DNA from: an uncultured Nitrososphaerota archaeon
GTDB lineage: Archaea > Thermoproteota > Nitrososphaeria > Nitrososphaerales > Gagatemarchaeaceae
Reading direction: 5' to 3'
DNA length: 64,000 nucleotides
NCBI GenBank assembly: GCA_963838925.1
Contig: CAWISW010000003.1
Coordinates: 608,001-672,000, forward strand
Made by a program: the position numbers and the translations under genes. Shown one piece after another: positions 10,415-20,217 of the stretch; within the stretch, counting starts at the first letter, position 1; the number at the start of each line of letters is the position of its first letter. The notes below the pieces were generated by a model, which did no database searches, had not been told where the DNA came from, and saw nothing but the letters and a program-made list of their open reading frames with translations.

Positions 10415-11179
10415 ATGAGTCACAAGATGCTCGCAAGAAAGTCGCCCGGGGTCGCCGGGCGGCTCTCCACCGTCGCCCTGATAGCCGGGCTCGTCCTTCT
10501 CCTCCTCGCAGGCGCATTCGCCGCGGACCTGATCCTCCAGCCGACCTCGGAGGCGTCAACGACCAGCAGCACGCGGTCGGCGTCATCCACGCAGGTCACC
10601 ACTCCCACCTCCTCGTCCGAGGGAGAGAGCACGTCAATCAGCACCAGTCTCGCGACCTCCTCTAGCACCCAGGCGACGTCCGCCTCGACGACCAACTCCC
10701 TCACATCAACGACCTCCTCGACCCCCTCGGAGACGAGCACTTCGGCCGTCACCACGTCGACAGCGACGCCAACCAGCAGCACGACGTCGACGAGCACGAC
10801 CTCGAGCAGCTCCACGAGCTCGGCCACCACTTCCTCGACGAGCACCATCTCCACCACCACGACGACGACCTCCACCCAGCCCGGCACGGTCCAGATCGTC
10901 CTGCCCGTCGACGTCGGGAACAACGAGTCGCTCAACTTCACTCCGGCGAAGGTCACCGTAGTAATCGGTGTGAACAACACCATCGTCTGGAACGACCTGG
11001 ACTACGTCCAGCACACGGTCCAGTCCGTGGTAGTGCCGACCGGGGCGACTCCCTGGAAGTCCGGGATCCTCAACGAAGGCCAGCTATTCACCGTAACCCT
11101 CACCGTCCCGGGGAACTACAAGTACGACTGCTCCATCCACCCGGACTGGATGGTCGGGACCATCAAGGTAGTCCAGTGA
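10415..11179 (+). CDS. membrane-anchored blue copper (cupredoxin) protein with Ser/Thr-rich stalk
   Basis: N-terminal TM, long S/T tract, type-1 Cu ligands HTV...CSIHPDWM. Confidence 0.88.
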   Translation: MSHKMLARKSPGVAGRLSTVALIAGLVLLLLAGAFAADLILQPTSEASTTSSTRSASSTQVTTPTSSSEGESTSISTSLATSSSTQATSASTTNSLTSTTSSTPSETSTSAVTTSTATPTSSTTSTSTTSSSSTSSATTSSTSTISTTTTTTSTQPGTVQIVLPVDVGNNESLNFTPAKVTVVIGVNNTIVWNDLDYVQHTVQSVVVPTGATPWKSGILNEGQLFTVTLTVPGNYKYDCSIHPDWMVGTIKVVQ

Positions 11180-11233
11180 CCATCCGCATCGACCCGAGGA
11201 ACCGATTTTAAGGGGCCGGCACCGCTCCCGACC

Positions 11234-11878
11234 ATGCCCGCACCCCGCGGCCAGACGCGCCCTCCTCGGGTGAATCTGGAAGCGAAACAAGCCCTCATCG
11301 TCGTCGACATACAAAGGGACTTCTGCCCTGGCGGAGCTCTACCTGTCGCCGACGGGGACAAGATAATCCCTGCCGTCAACGAGCTGGCCCACGCGTTCGA
11401 GAGGGCGGGCCTGCCCGTCTTCTTCACGCGAGACTGGCATCCGAGGAACCACGTCTCGTTCAAGGCCTACGGAGGGCCGTGGCCGCCCCACTGCATCCAG
11501 AACACTCAGGGAGCTAGGTTCCACCAGTCGCTCGCGGTTCCCAAAGAAGCGGAAGTGATAGACAAGGGAACCCTGCAAGCCGAGGACGCCTACTCGGGAT
11601 TTCAGGGGACCGACCTGGCGCAAAGACTTCGCGAGCTTCGCGTGAAACAGATCTATGTCGCTGGGCTCGCGACAGACTACTGCGTCAAGAACACGGTGCT
11701 CGACGGGGCAGCGGAGGGCTTCGAGACCTACGTCATAGCCGACTGCGTAAAGGGAGTCAACGTCAAGCGCACCGACTCTGCAACCGCCCTGCGTGTCATG
11801 CTCTCGCGGGGGGCCATCCGCACGACGAGCGGCCGAGTTTTGAAAAGCCTGGGAATGCGAGTGGCGGTTTCGGCCTAG
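11234..11878 (+). CDS. pncA: nicotinamidase/pyrazinamidase
   Basis: VDIQRDFCPGGAL, DWHP..H, WPPHC, GLATDYCV; TATA TTTTAA 22 nt upstream. Confidence 0.9.
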   Translation: MPAPRGQTRPPRVNLEAKQALIVVDIQRDFCPGGALPVADGDKIIPAVNELAHAFERAGLPVFFTRDWHPRNHVSFKAYGGPWPPHCIQNTQGARFHQSLAVPKEAEVIDKGTLQAEDAYSGFQGTDLAQRLRELRVKQIYVAGLATDYCVKNTVLDGAAEGFETYVIADCVKGVNVKRTDSATALRVMLSRGAIRTTSGRVLKSLGMRVAVSA

Positions 11879-11901
11879 TCCTCAGGAACCCAGACTCACG
11901 A

Positions 11902-13272
11902 CTAGCGGACTATCGCCCGCATCGCGAGGTCTCCGGCCCGCAGAACCATCGCGTCCTCGCCTAGCCCGCCCGCGAGCTGGATCGCAGTGGGGAGTTCCGA
12001 CCTCCCAGGGTTCGAAGGGATGCTGAGCGCTGGGAAGCCGTTGAGGTTGAAGACCTCGGTGTTCTGCAGGAGCAGGCGCCTGAGCCTCCCCGCCTCGTTG
12101 CCAACCACGTCCGAGAGCTTCGGAGCGACCACCCTGGTCGTGGGCGTAGCCAGCACGTCGAGACCCTTCAGGAGCTGCCCGAAGACCTTGATGCACTCCA
12201 GCCTCACCAGGTTCCCACCGAGATAGCGGAGCTGCCCGAGCCTCATCCCGCGCCTAAGCAGGGTGAGGACGTCCTGGTTCATGTGCGAGGCGACCCTCTC
12301 AGACTTCACGAGCTCCCCGTAGAACCAGGCGGCCTCCTTTAGCTGGATGTACCCCCTCGCCTTTGTGAACCTCTCGTAGCCAGAGTCTGTCGGGACCTCC
12401 ACGGCGACGAAGTCCCCCGACGCCTCCATCAGGTCGATGGCCTTCCAGAAGCTCTTCGCGACCTTCTCCTCCGTCTCCTCGAGGAAGTGCTGGGTCAGGA
12501 CGCCGACCCTGACCTTCCCGCCCTGGCGGCCCGGCTTGCGCGGCCCGGGCGCCCCCCCAAGCTGCTCGAAGGCCCTGACCATGTCTGGCATCGTCTTCGT
12601 CAGCAGCCCCGTGTGGTCCAGGGTCGCGCTCAGCGGGAGTATCCCCTCGAGGCTAAGCGACCCGAGCGTGGGCTTGAAGCCCATAATCCCGCAGAGGGCG
12701 GCGGGGATCCTGATCGACCCGCCGGTGTCCGTCCCGAAGCCCAGGACCGCCCCCTTGGAGAGCGCGACCGCGACCGCCGAGCCGCCGCTCGACCCGCCCG
12801 CCACCCTCTCCACGTCGTGCGGGTTCCTCACCGGCCCGAAGTAAGACGCAGCGGAGGTCCCTCCTAGGGCGAGCTCGTGCAGGTTCGTCTTGCCGAGGGG
12901 GATGCAGCCGAGCCCCATCGCGTCGTCGACGACCTGGGCGTTGAGGCTCGGGACGAAGTCCTTGAAGTAGTACGTCGCGCCCGTGGTTGGGAACCCGCCG
13001 AAGAACATGTTGTCCTTTATCGCCAGCGGTATCCCGAAGAGCCCGGAGGCGCCTTTCCCCTTCCCCGGGCGGAGCCTCCCGTCGAGCGCGCGCCCCCGCG
13101 AGAGCGCCATCCCGCTGTGTCCACCGAAGACCGTGATGAAGGCGTTGAGCCGCTCGTTGTATCGCCCAATGTTGTCAAGCTCCTCGCCGACCCGCTTCTC
13201 GCACGTCGTCCTTCCTTCGTTGAGGGCATCGTGATACGCCGAGAACTCAGACTCGAGGATGCCGGATTTCGT
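11902..13272 (-). CDS. amidase-signature family enzyme (5' end extended to a putative ACG start)
   Basis: AIKDN, GKTNLHE, GGSSGGS, GTDTGGSIRIPA; frame is open upstream of ATG 13110 and encodes YNERLNAFIT; start position uncertain. Confidence 0.85.
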   Translation of the reverse strand, partial: TKSGILESEFSAYHDALNEGRTTCEKRVGEELDNIGRYNERLNAFITVFGGHSGMALSRGRALDGRLRPGKGKGASGLFGIPLAIKDNMFFGGFPTTGATYYFKDFVPSLNAQVVDDAMGLGCIPLGKTNLHELALGGTSAASYFGPVRNPHDVERVAGGSSGGSAVAVALSKGAVLGFGTDTGGSIRIPAALCGIMGFKPTLGSLSLEGILPLSATLDHTGLLTKTMPDMVRAFEQLGGAPGPRKPGRQGGKVRVGVLTQHFLEETEEKVAKSFWKAIDLMEASGDFVAVEVPTDSGYERFTKARGYIQLKEAAWFYGELVKSERVASHMNQDVLTLLRRGMRLGQLRYLGGNLVRLECIKVFGQLLKGLDVLATPTTRVVAPKLSDVVGNEAGRLRRLLLQNTEVFNLNGFPALSIPSNPGRSELPTAIQLAGGLGEDAMVLRAGDLAMRAIVR

Positions 13273-13316
13273 AGCCCTCGAACCTCTGCCGGCCTATTAA
13301 TCCGTATTCGATTAAG

Positions 13317-13353
13317 AAAAAAGGGTAGGAGGCAAGGCCGAAATCTCGGCCTT
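13317..13353 (-). terminator. stem-loop plus T-run downstream of the 13368-14105 gene
   Basis: AAGGCCGA-AATC-TCGGCCTT 8-bp stem followed on the minus strand by TTTTTT. Confidence 0.45.
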
Positions 13354-13367
13354 CCCCCGGTGGATGC

Positions 13368-14105
13368 CTATCGCTTCTGTCCAGAGTGACCCTGGTCGCC
13401 CTGGTTAGACTGCGGATTGCTGGTGCTCGGGGTTGGGAACGGAGGAGAGACTATCGTGCCCTGCCCGGTCTGGAGCACCAAGGTGCTCTGGCCTGGAGTT
13501 GACGATGTGTCGAAGATCTGGAGAGATACGACGTATGTCCCCGTCTTGAGGAGGACCTGGTTCTGTATCTGGCCAGCGCCGTCCTGCCCTGTCACCATGC
13601 TTCCCAGCGCGTAGTTCGTCCCGTTAGCGACGAGCACGACGTTGTACTGGGTCACCGGCTTCGCATACCGCAGAATGACTTGGACGTTGAAGACGCCCCC
13701 GACCGAAGTTATCGATGCGACGCACCCTCTGCTGTCCGAGAAGGAGATGCTTCCCTTGACGGGCTGGGTGGTGGGCGTGATCGGGAGGACTAGCCTACCG
13801 ACCGTTGCCGCTGTCGTTGGGGGAGTGCATAGCGTGTAGTTCGCGGTTGTCGTGGTCGAAGTCGCCGTGGTCGTGGCGGTCACCGTACTCGTGACCGTCG
13901 TGGTGCTGCCAGTCGAAGACGTCGATGACGTGGAAGTCGTGGACGTCGAGTCCGTGCTGTCTGCCAGCGCGATTGGCGACGCGCCGGCTGGTGCGATGGA
14001 TGAAGATGCTGGTTGGTTTTGCGCGTACGCGGCGATCCCGCCTGAGAGCAGGACGAGCATCGCTGCGACCGTCAGAATCTGGAGTTTGCCTGTGCTTACT
14101 TGCAT
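13368..14105 (-). CDS. secreted Ser/Thr-rich protein
   Basis: signal peptide ending AYA, S/T linker, beta-rich domain. Confidence 0.75.
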   Translation of the reverse strand: MQVSTGKLQILTVAAMLVLLSGGIAAYAQNQPASSSIAPAGASPIALADSTDSTSTTSTSSTSSTGSTTTVTSTVTATTTATSTTTTANYTLCTPPTTAATVGRLVLPITPTTQPVKGSISFSDSRGCVASITSVGGVFNVQVILRYAKPVTQYNVVLVANGTNYALGSMVTGQDGAGQIQNQVLLKTGTYVVSLQIFDTSSTPGQSTLVLQTGQGTIVSPPFPTPSTSNPQSNQGDQGHSGQKR

Positions 14106-14222
14106 GTTACATCGGAGATGTACTGTCCGGGACGCGATATAATGAGCCGCATCCTGGAAGTGGAATTCCACAATAGTTGCATGTCTTAACAGGAAATCGT
14201 CTGGATTATGGCCGTAGCCCGG

Positions 14223-14759
14223 CTAACAGCACTGGGCAGGCTCGCCGCCCTGCGCCTCGAACCTGAATTCCACGTACGAGTTGGGGGGCAGCCCGAAGAT
14301 CGACGGGCTTACCTGACCCCGGAGCTCGTAGGTGGGCGCCGTGGGCCCCCAGGACGCGATGTAGTTGCTGTCGTATTGGTGCGCCCACACCGTGTCGTTG
14401 TCCTCCCATGGGAGGATGGCGGAGTGCCCGCTAATCGTCATCGAGATCTGGTTGGTGGATATCGTATAGTTGGTTATCGATATGAGGTCGCTCTGGATGA
14501 CGTTCTTGCCCGAGAGGAAGGTGAAGAGTATCGAGCCGTTCCCGCTCTTCGCGGTCAGCGTCGCGTTGTAGGAGGCCGTGACGCTCGCGGTGGCGTTCGA
14601 GTAGCCGCCTTCGTTGACGAAGAGAGTCCCGAAGAGCGTCCCGTTGGACGACGGGGACAGGGCCTCGTAGGCGACCCCGATGAAGGCGAGGGAGATTATT
14701 ATCGCTCCGACCGAGAGAACGAGGAGCCACCTCCCGCTCACCTTGCGCGCTGGGACCAA
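14223..14759 (-). CDS. membrane-anchored hypothetical protein
   Basis: N-terminal TM, N-x-S/T sequons, ends QCC. Confidence 0.7.
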   Translation of the reverse strand: MVPARKVSGRWLLVLSVGAIIISLAFIGVAYEALSPSSNGTLFGTLFVNEGGYSNATASVTASYNATLTAKSGNGSILFTFLSGKNVIQSDLISITNYTISTNQISMTISGHSAILPWEDNDTVWAHQYDSNYIASWGPTAPTYELRGQVSPSIFGLPPNSYVEFRFEAQGGEPAQCC

Positions 14760-14823
14760 CGGAATCTCCTTGGCGCCAAATTGCCTAGCACATTAATATT
14801 CCTGAGGCTGCGGTTCCGGCTTC

Positions 14824-14958
14824 ATGCCGGGTCAGGCCAAGCGGGCCGGGCGCAAGGCGGCTGGCGGGTCGGCCCGGTCGAGGACGTGGGAGAGGAGTCG
14901 AGACCATCAAGGCTACGTGAGGGAGGCCGTCGCCTCGGCCAAGGCGCCTCCCAGGTGA
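14824..14958 (+). pseudogene. 44-codon ORF, probably an internally deleted gene remnant
   Basis: TTAATA 25 nt upstream of ATG; protein-like tail GYVREAVASAKAPPR* with a frame break just before it. Confidence 0.3.
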
Positions 14959-15035
14959 ATCGACCAGAACTTCGCCCTCTTGTTGAGGAAACCTGACTCA
15001 GATGGCTATCGGCATATCGGCGACTACCTAATGTA

Positions 15036-15434
15036 ATGCCAGAGGCACACCCGGCTCCGAAGCAGCCACAACCCCAGACGGCCCAGGTCTCCAAGTTCAA
15101 GAAGATCGAGTGGTACGCCACCCACCTCGTCAACGAGGCGGTCTCTAAGGAGAAGGCGGGGAGGTACGGCGACGCGATAGTGGACTACCTTCAGGCCGCG
15201 GACCTGCTCCTACTTCTGGCGAAGGGCACCCAGGACTACACCCCGTGGAAGGCGTTCAGCGACAGGGCGATTGCCTGCCAGCAGAGGGTAAGGATCTTGA
15301 TAGCGAAGCGGAAGCTCGCCGAGGAGGCCGCAGAGGCCGCGCCCAGAGCCCCGGCACCCGCACCGGCTCCAGCTCCGACCGTCGTCGCCCCCAGCACGAC
15401 TGCGATAGTCCCGGCAGCCCAAGTCAAGGTTTAG
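15036..15434 (+). CDS. stand-alone MIT-domain protein
   Basis: ATHLVNEAVSKEKAGRYGDAIVDYLQAADLL...RAIACQQRVRIL three-helix pattern like the Vps4/CdvC N-terminus; Pro/Ala tail, no AAA domain. Confidence 0.7.
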   Translation: MPEAHPAPKQPQPQTAQVSKFKKIEWYATHLVNEAVSKEKAGRYGDAIVDYLQAADLLLLLAKGTQDYTPWKAFSDRAIACQQRVRILIAKRKLAEEAAEAAPRAPAPAPAPAPTVVAPSTTAIVPAAQVKV

Positions 15435-15460
15435 ATTAAGCCGGAGAGGGCCGAGGCCCG

Positions 15461-15730
15461 ATGCCCCTCGCCGTGACGGTGGTCTCGAGGAAGGGCTGCC
15501 ACCTCTGCGAAAGGGTCGTCGACGCCCTGAGCTCCATGTCCCCCAGATACGACCTGGAGGTGCGTGTGCTCGACATCAGCCACGACGCGAAGCTCATGAA
15601 CAAGTACTTCCTCATCATCCCGGTCGTCCAGGTCGGCGGGAAGGACGTCTTCGACGGGAGGGACATGACGGTGGACGCGGGCTTCGTGAGCAAGCTCGAG
15701 AAGGTCCTAGAGTCGCAGGGCCAGCCTTAG
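15461..15730 (+). CDS. glutaredoxin-like protein (DUF836)
   Basis: SRKGCHLCE; IPVV. Confidence 0.85.
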   Translation: MPLAVTVVSRKGCHLCERVVDALSSMSPRYDLEVRVLDISHDAKLMNKYFLIIPVVQVGGKDVFDGRDMTVDAGFVSKLEKVLESQGQP

Positions 15731-15735
15731 CCCGG

Positions 15736-16116
15736 TCAGCCTGAGAGGAGCTCTATCCAGATCCCGTCCGGGTCCTTGACGTACACCTCGGTCCCGTTCG
15801 ACTCCTTGGGGGAGACCGCCGAGGTCGCGCCGTTCGCGATGAGCGCCTTGTATGCCTTGGCGGCGTCCTTCACGACGAATGCGAGGTGGTCCATCTCCTC
15901 CCCGGGGGCGTATTCGATGTAGAACCTGGTCCCGCGCGGGTACCAGTTCAGTTCGAGCGTCTGGTCTGACCCCTTCCCCCTGAGCTGGACGAACTTGCCC
16001 CCGTGAGGCATCGTCCCTTTGTTCACGACCTTCATCCCCAAAGCGTCCGTGTAGAACTCGAGAGACTTCTTCAGGTCCCTGACCCTTATTCCGGCGTAGT
16101 AAAATCGGAACTTCAT
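15736..16116 (-). CDS. VOC/glyoxalase family protein
   Basis: IRVRDLKKSLEFY, LELNWY, DHLAFVV, DPDGIWIEL. Confidence 0.9.
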   Translation of the reverse strand: MKFRFYYAGIRVRDLKKSLEFYTDALGMKVVNKGTMPHGGKFVQLRGKGSDQTLELNWYPRGTRFYIEYAPGEEMDHLAFVVKDAAKAYKALIANGATSAVSPKESNGTEVYVKDPDGIWIELLSG

Positions 16117-16169
16117 CAGGCCCGAGAAGACAGGACGTTCGAATAAAGGAGTTTGGGGGCTAGGTGATC

Positions 16170-17189
16170 TCAGAGCTTCGTCGTGGCCGGCTGACCATAG
16201 TTCTTGGCGACGCTCCTTCTCCACATAACCAGCCCGACCGCCGCCAGAATTACTATGACGGCTGCCACGATGACGTAGGTCAGCGAGCCCAGCCCTCCGC
16301 CCGACGAAGATGAGCTGCTCGTCGTGGTCGACGTGCTGCTCGAGGTCGGCGACGAAACAACCACGGTCTGAGTGACCGTGGTTACAGTCGTGCTGCTCGA
16401 GGTCGTCGACGATGTCGATGACGTCGTAGAGCTTGTGCTCGTCGTCGTGCTCGATGTGCTGCTCGTCGACGACGAGGACGTGGTCGTAGTCGCCGTCACG
16501 GTGACGCTGCCCGTGCCCGAGCTCGCCGCGTTGTTCGAGTCACCCGGATAGGACGCCTTTACCGTCGCGCTTCCCGCTGTCGCTCCAGTGACGTTGAGTG
16601 AGCAACTCGCTGCTGAGGAGATGCTGCACGTGGGCGTTGACGGAAGAGTAACAGACCCGGAGCCGCCCGGCTGATTGGAGAATGTTATCGTCTCACCAGC
16701 GACCGAGCCCTGGGCGCCAATCACCGTCGCCGTGCACGCCGAGGTAGCACCCACCGCGATGGGTGAAGCGCAAGACAACGAGGTCGTAGTGTTGACCAAA
16801 GGCTTCACGTAAGCGAAAGTGGTGGTCATGGTAGCAGATCCACCAGGCCCGCCCCAAGTGGCGTTGACGTTGTAGGTGCCCGTCGTCCAGTTTCCTGTGC
16901 CTCCAGGGCGGGTCACGCTGCTGTATGCTCCCGTGTTAGGATCTGCCGGCACGCTATTGATGTCGACTACTGCTCCGCTTGGACCCTTCACCACGATCAC
17001 GACACCCGTGCTGGGCCCAGGCGCGGGCGACACGACTCCGCTGACTGTGATAGGCTGGGTGCCGGAGTAGCTGGCGGCGTCGGTCTGGACGGTGATGGTA
17101 TAGGTCACAGCGACGGCAGGCACGACGAAGAATACAAGCGCAAAGGCAACGAACGCCAATAGAGGTGCCTTTCGAAGATGTTTGCTCAA
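16170..17189 (-). CDS. cell-surface protein with Ig-like domains, S/T stalk and C-terminal TM anchor
   Basis: signal peptide, TVQTDAASY...ITVSGVV, ASYPGDSNN, poly-S/T, TM followed by basic tail; GGAGG before TTG. Confidence 0.8.
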   Translation of the reverse strand: MSKHLRKAPLLAFVAFALVFFVVPAVAVTYTITVQTDAASYSGTQPITVSGVVSPAPGPSTGVVIVVKGPSGAVVDINSVPADPNTGAYSSVTRPGGTGNWTTGTYNVNATWGGPGGSATMTTTFAYVKPLVNTTTSLSCASPIAVGATSACTATVIGAQGSVAGETITFSNQPGGSGSVTLPSTPTCSISSAASCSLNVTGATAGSATVKASYPGDSNNAASSGTGSVTVTATTTTSSSSTSSTSSTTTSTSSTTSSTSSTTSSSTTVTTVTQTVVVSSPTSSSTSTTTSSSSSSGGGLGSLTYVIVAAVIVILAAVGLVMWRRSVAKNYGQPATTKL

Positions 17190-17302
17190 GGCGCTAGTTC
17201 CTCCTAGGCCTGACAAGCAGACGACATAGGGTATAAGTTTATGGATAGAGTGTTCCACTTTCCGGGCATTCTTTTAAGACAGGAGAGTGCAAATAATCGG
17301 TC

Positions 17303-20149
17303 TTGCTACGGCCAGCGAGCCATCGCATTCAGCCTTTGCTCCTGCTCGCCCTCCTTGTGGCGTCGCCGCTAGCCTCGCTTGCCCTCGTTTCGCAAGCGGA
17401 TGCGTCGCCTCAATCTTCCGCCCTCCCGTCTGAGCATGGAATCTCCGTGGTCGGCGACGAGATAGTCGTCCAGACCTCGACCGTATCAATGGTCTTGAGC
17501 ATCCCGGAGAAGGGGGCCATCATCAACGTCACGGACGCCCTCACAGGCCAGTACCTCAGGCTCAACCAGAGCATCACGAACTTCCTCTGGGGAGTGGACA
17601 ACTTCGACACCATCACGACGAGCTCGATGGCTGACCAGTTCAACTACACGATCGTGCAGGAGTCGAACTCCACCGATCTCCTCCTGGACTGGCACGTGCC
17701 GGCCCTCTACGAGGTGCACGCGCTGGTGGAGGCCAGGTCTGACGGCTACATCGGGATGAAGCTCAACGTCACGAACCTGAACTCCGCAACGGAGATCAGG
17801 CGCGTCATCTTCCCGTACATCGGCGGGATACAGAGCATGGGCGCCAGCTCGGGCGACGACCTCCTCTCCATCCCCGAGAGGGAGGGCTACGTCATCCAGA
17901 ACGTCACGCAGTCGGTCGTCGCCGACCCGACCACGCTCGAGTACCCCGGCACCCTGAGCATGCAGTACGTCTACTTCTACGAGCAGGGAAGGGGCGGGAT
18001 TTACCTCGGCATGCAGGACAGCCAGAGCAACTACAAGGGGCTCGAGCTCCTGAAGGCCGCCCCGGACGCGTACAGCTTCGACTGGTACCAGTACGCCGCC
18101 AACATCACGCTGGGCAACAGCTACCAGATGGGGTACTTCGCCATGTTCAAGGGGGTCGCGGGGGCGGACTGGTCCGCCGGCGCGCAGGTCTACAAGGAGT
18201 GGGCGCTGAAGCAGTGGTACGTCTCCGCGGGGCCCATCGCGCAGAGGTCGGACATCCCGACCTGGGTGAAGGACCTCGACCTCGTCTGGGGGACAGAGGA
18301 GTACGCGACCAACCAGACCAACGACCAGGTCTATCTCGAGGGGACCAACTCGTCGCAGATGGGCGCCTTCATGGGCCAGGTGAGGAGCATGCTCCCCAAC
18401 GCCAACATGATGCTCTACTGGTTCGGCTGGAACCAGGGCGGCTTCGACAGGGGATACCCGGACTTCTTCCCCCCGCGCGACGGGTCCCAGGCGTTCCAGC
18501 AGGCGATCAACGCCACGCACGCCCTCGGCATCAAGGTCATGCTCTACTTCAACGGCAGGCTGGTCGACGTCTCGACTCCCGCATACCAGCAGAGCCTGCC
18601 GTACTTGACCGTCGACCAGAGCGGCGCCCCCTACATCGTCAGCTACGACAACGGGACCCTCACCGGGGCCATCCCCTCCCCTACGACCTCGTGGTGGATC
18701 GACCAAGTGGAGAACTTCACCACCACCGCGGTGAAGGACTACGGGGTCGACGGCGTCTACCTCGACCAGAACACCGTGGCCGGCCCCGTGCTCGACATGT
18801 CGACGACCAACGGCCACTTGCCGGGGGGCGGCTCGTGGTGGTGGCAGGCGGAGAGCAGCCTCCTCGAGGGAGTCCGGACCTCCATCAGGCAGTACAACCC
18901 TCAGGCGATAGTCTCCTCGGAGAACGTGAACGAGGTCTACCTCAAGGACGTCGACGTCTTCCAGAGCTACGACTATGAGTACGACTTTGAGAACCTCTAC
19001 CCTCAGGGGTTCAGCGCTCCGCTCTTCGCCTACGTCTACCACGGATACGAGCTCCAGTTCACCGGCTACCTCCTCCCATTCGGGGTCTCGGACTACGCCG
19101 AGGGTTCGTACCTGCACGGCATCTCCCAGTCCATCGCGAACGGCTACATCCCGGGCGTCAACACGGGGCTGGCTCCCTCCGACGTCTGGTGGTTCACCAG
19201 GACGACGAAGAGCGTCCTCGAGACCATCGTCAACACGAGGGAGGCCTACAGGCAGTTCCTGACCTACGGGACGACGTCCCAGCTTCCCCCGTTCCAGACG
19301 AGCTCCTCCTTCTTCTTGGGCGCCCCCGTCTTCGCCAGAAACCTCACCGCCCCCTCGATCACGAGCGGGGCCTATGCCCTCCCGGACGGTCGGGAGGCGA
19401 TCGTCCTGGCAAACATGGCGGGAGGACGCCAGACCGAGTCGGGCACATTCCCGGACGGCTTGGCTCAGGGCAGCGAGAGCTACCTCGTGACTGAGGCCCT
19501 GGACAACAAGACGACCTCCGTGTTCGTGATGAAGGGGTCTGCCCCATTTAGCGTGACGATTCCGCCGCTATCAGTGGAAACCCTCACGCTGGAGCCAGAG
19601 CCCACCACGACGATCCTGACCCCGGCGGCGCAGAGGGGCTCGAGCGCCGCGCCCCTCTACCCTCTGTTGTTCTCTTCCTCTTCTGTAGTTCAGAGCATAG
19701 GGCTCGACTCCACCGAGAGCCCCTCGTCCGCCACCAGCGTCGTCTCCGGCCCGTTGAGCATCTCCATCGACCAGCCTTCGGGCCACGGGTTCGTCCACCT
19801 CGTCCTCCCCAACGCCCTCCTCGGGCTATCGACCTCGGAGGCGGGCGCCCCCGGCGCGTTCCTCGACGGGACCCTCGCGAACGCGACCGTCTTCCAGAAC
19901 TCGACCACGACCTCCGTCCTGATGACCTATGGGAGCGGAGACCACGAGATCACGATCGACGGGCCCGTCCCCCAGGCGCCGGTCCCTGCCACGGCGGTCA
20001 AGCAGTCTTTCTTCTCCAGCCTGACGCAGCAGCTTCACCAGAACGCGACGACGGCGCTGGGAGTGGGTGGCCTCCTGGTCGCGATTGGCGTCGCAGCCGT
20101 GGGCTCCTTCACCGTCACGCGGCAGGACAGGCGAAGACTGGGCGCGTGA
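17303..20149 (+). CDS. secreted glycoside-hydrolase-like (DUF6259-type) protein with C-terminal anchor
   Basis: YPGTLSMQ, FDRGYPDFFPP, MLYFNGRL, DGVYLDQ, PLFAYVYH; signal peptide and C-terminal TM. Confidence 0.75.
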   Translation: MLRPASHRIQPLLLLALLVASPLASLALVSQADASPQSSALPSEHGISVVGDEIVVQTSTVSMVLSIPEKGAIINVTDALTGQYLRLNQSITNFLWGVDNFDTITTSSMADQFNYTIVQESNSTDLLLDWHVPALYEVHALVEARSDGYIGMKLNVTNLNSATEIRRVIFPYIGGIQSMGASSGDDLLSIPEREGYVIQNVTQSVVADPTTLEYPGTLSMQYVYFYEQGRGGIYLGMQDSQSNYKGLELLKAAPDAYSFDWYQYAANITLGNSYQMGYFAMFKGVAGADWSAGAQVYKEWALKQWYVSAGPIAQRSDIPTWVKDLDLVWGTEEYATNQTNDQVYLEGTNSSQMGAFMGQVRSMLPNANMMLYWFGWNQGGFDRGYPDFFPPRDGSQAFQQAINATHALGIKVMLYFNGRLVDVSTPAYQQSLPYLTVDQSGAPYIVSYDNGTLTGAIPSPTTSWWIDQVENFTTTAVKDYGVDGVYLDQNTVAGPVLDMSTTNGHLPGGGSWWWQAESSLLEGVRTSIRQYNPQAIVSSENVNEVYLKDVDVFQSYDYEYDFENLYPQGFSAPLFAYVYHGYELQFTGYLLPFGVSDYAEGSYLHGISQSIANGYIPGVNTGLAPSDVWWFTRTTKSVLETIVNTREAYRQFLTYGTTSQLPPFQTSSSFFLGAPVFARNLTAPSITSGAYALPDGREAIVLANMAGGRQTESGTFPDGLAQGSESYLVTEALDNKTTSVFVMKGSAPFSVTIPPLSVETLTLEPEPTTTILTPAAQRGSSAAPLYPLLFSSSSVVQSIGLDSTESPSSATSVVSGPLSISIDQPSGHGFVHLVLPNALLGLSTSEAGAPGAFLDGTLANATVFQNSTTTSVLMTYGSGDHEITIDGPVPQAPVPATAVKQSFFSSLTQQLHQNATTALGVGGLLVAIGVAAVGSFTVTRQDRRRLGA

Positions 20150-20217
20150 GACCGTATTCAAGCGCGAATATTCCAATCAGTGTCTCTAATATAGTAGGAA
20201 TATACCCCAAGAGAATA

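Noticed and set aside
10550-10880. ACC/ACG/TCG-rich quasi-repeats (also 13850-13950 and 16300-16500)
   Set aside because: They encode Ser/Thr stalks of surface proteins and are not DNA repeat arrays.
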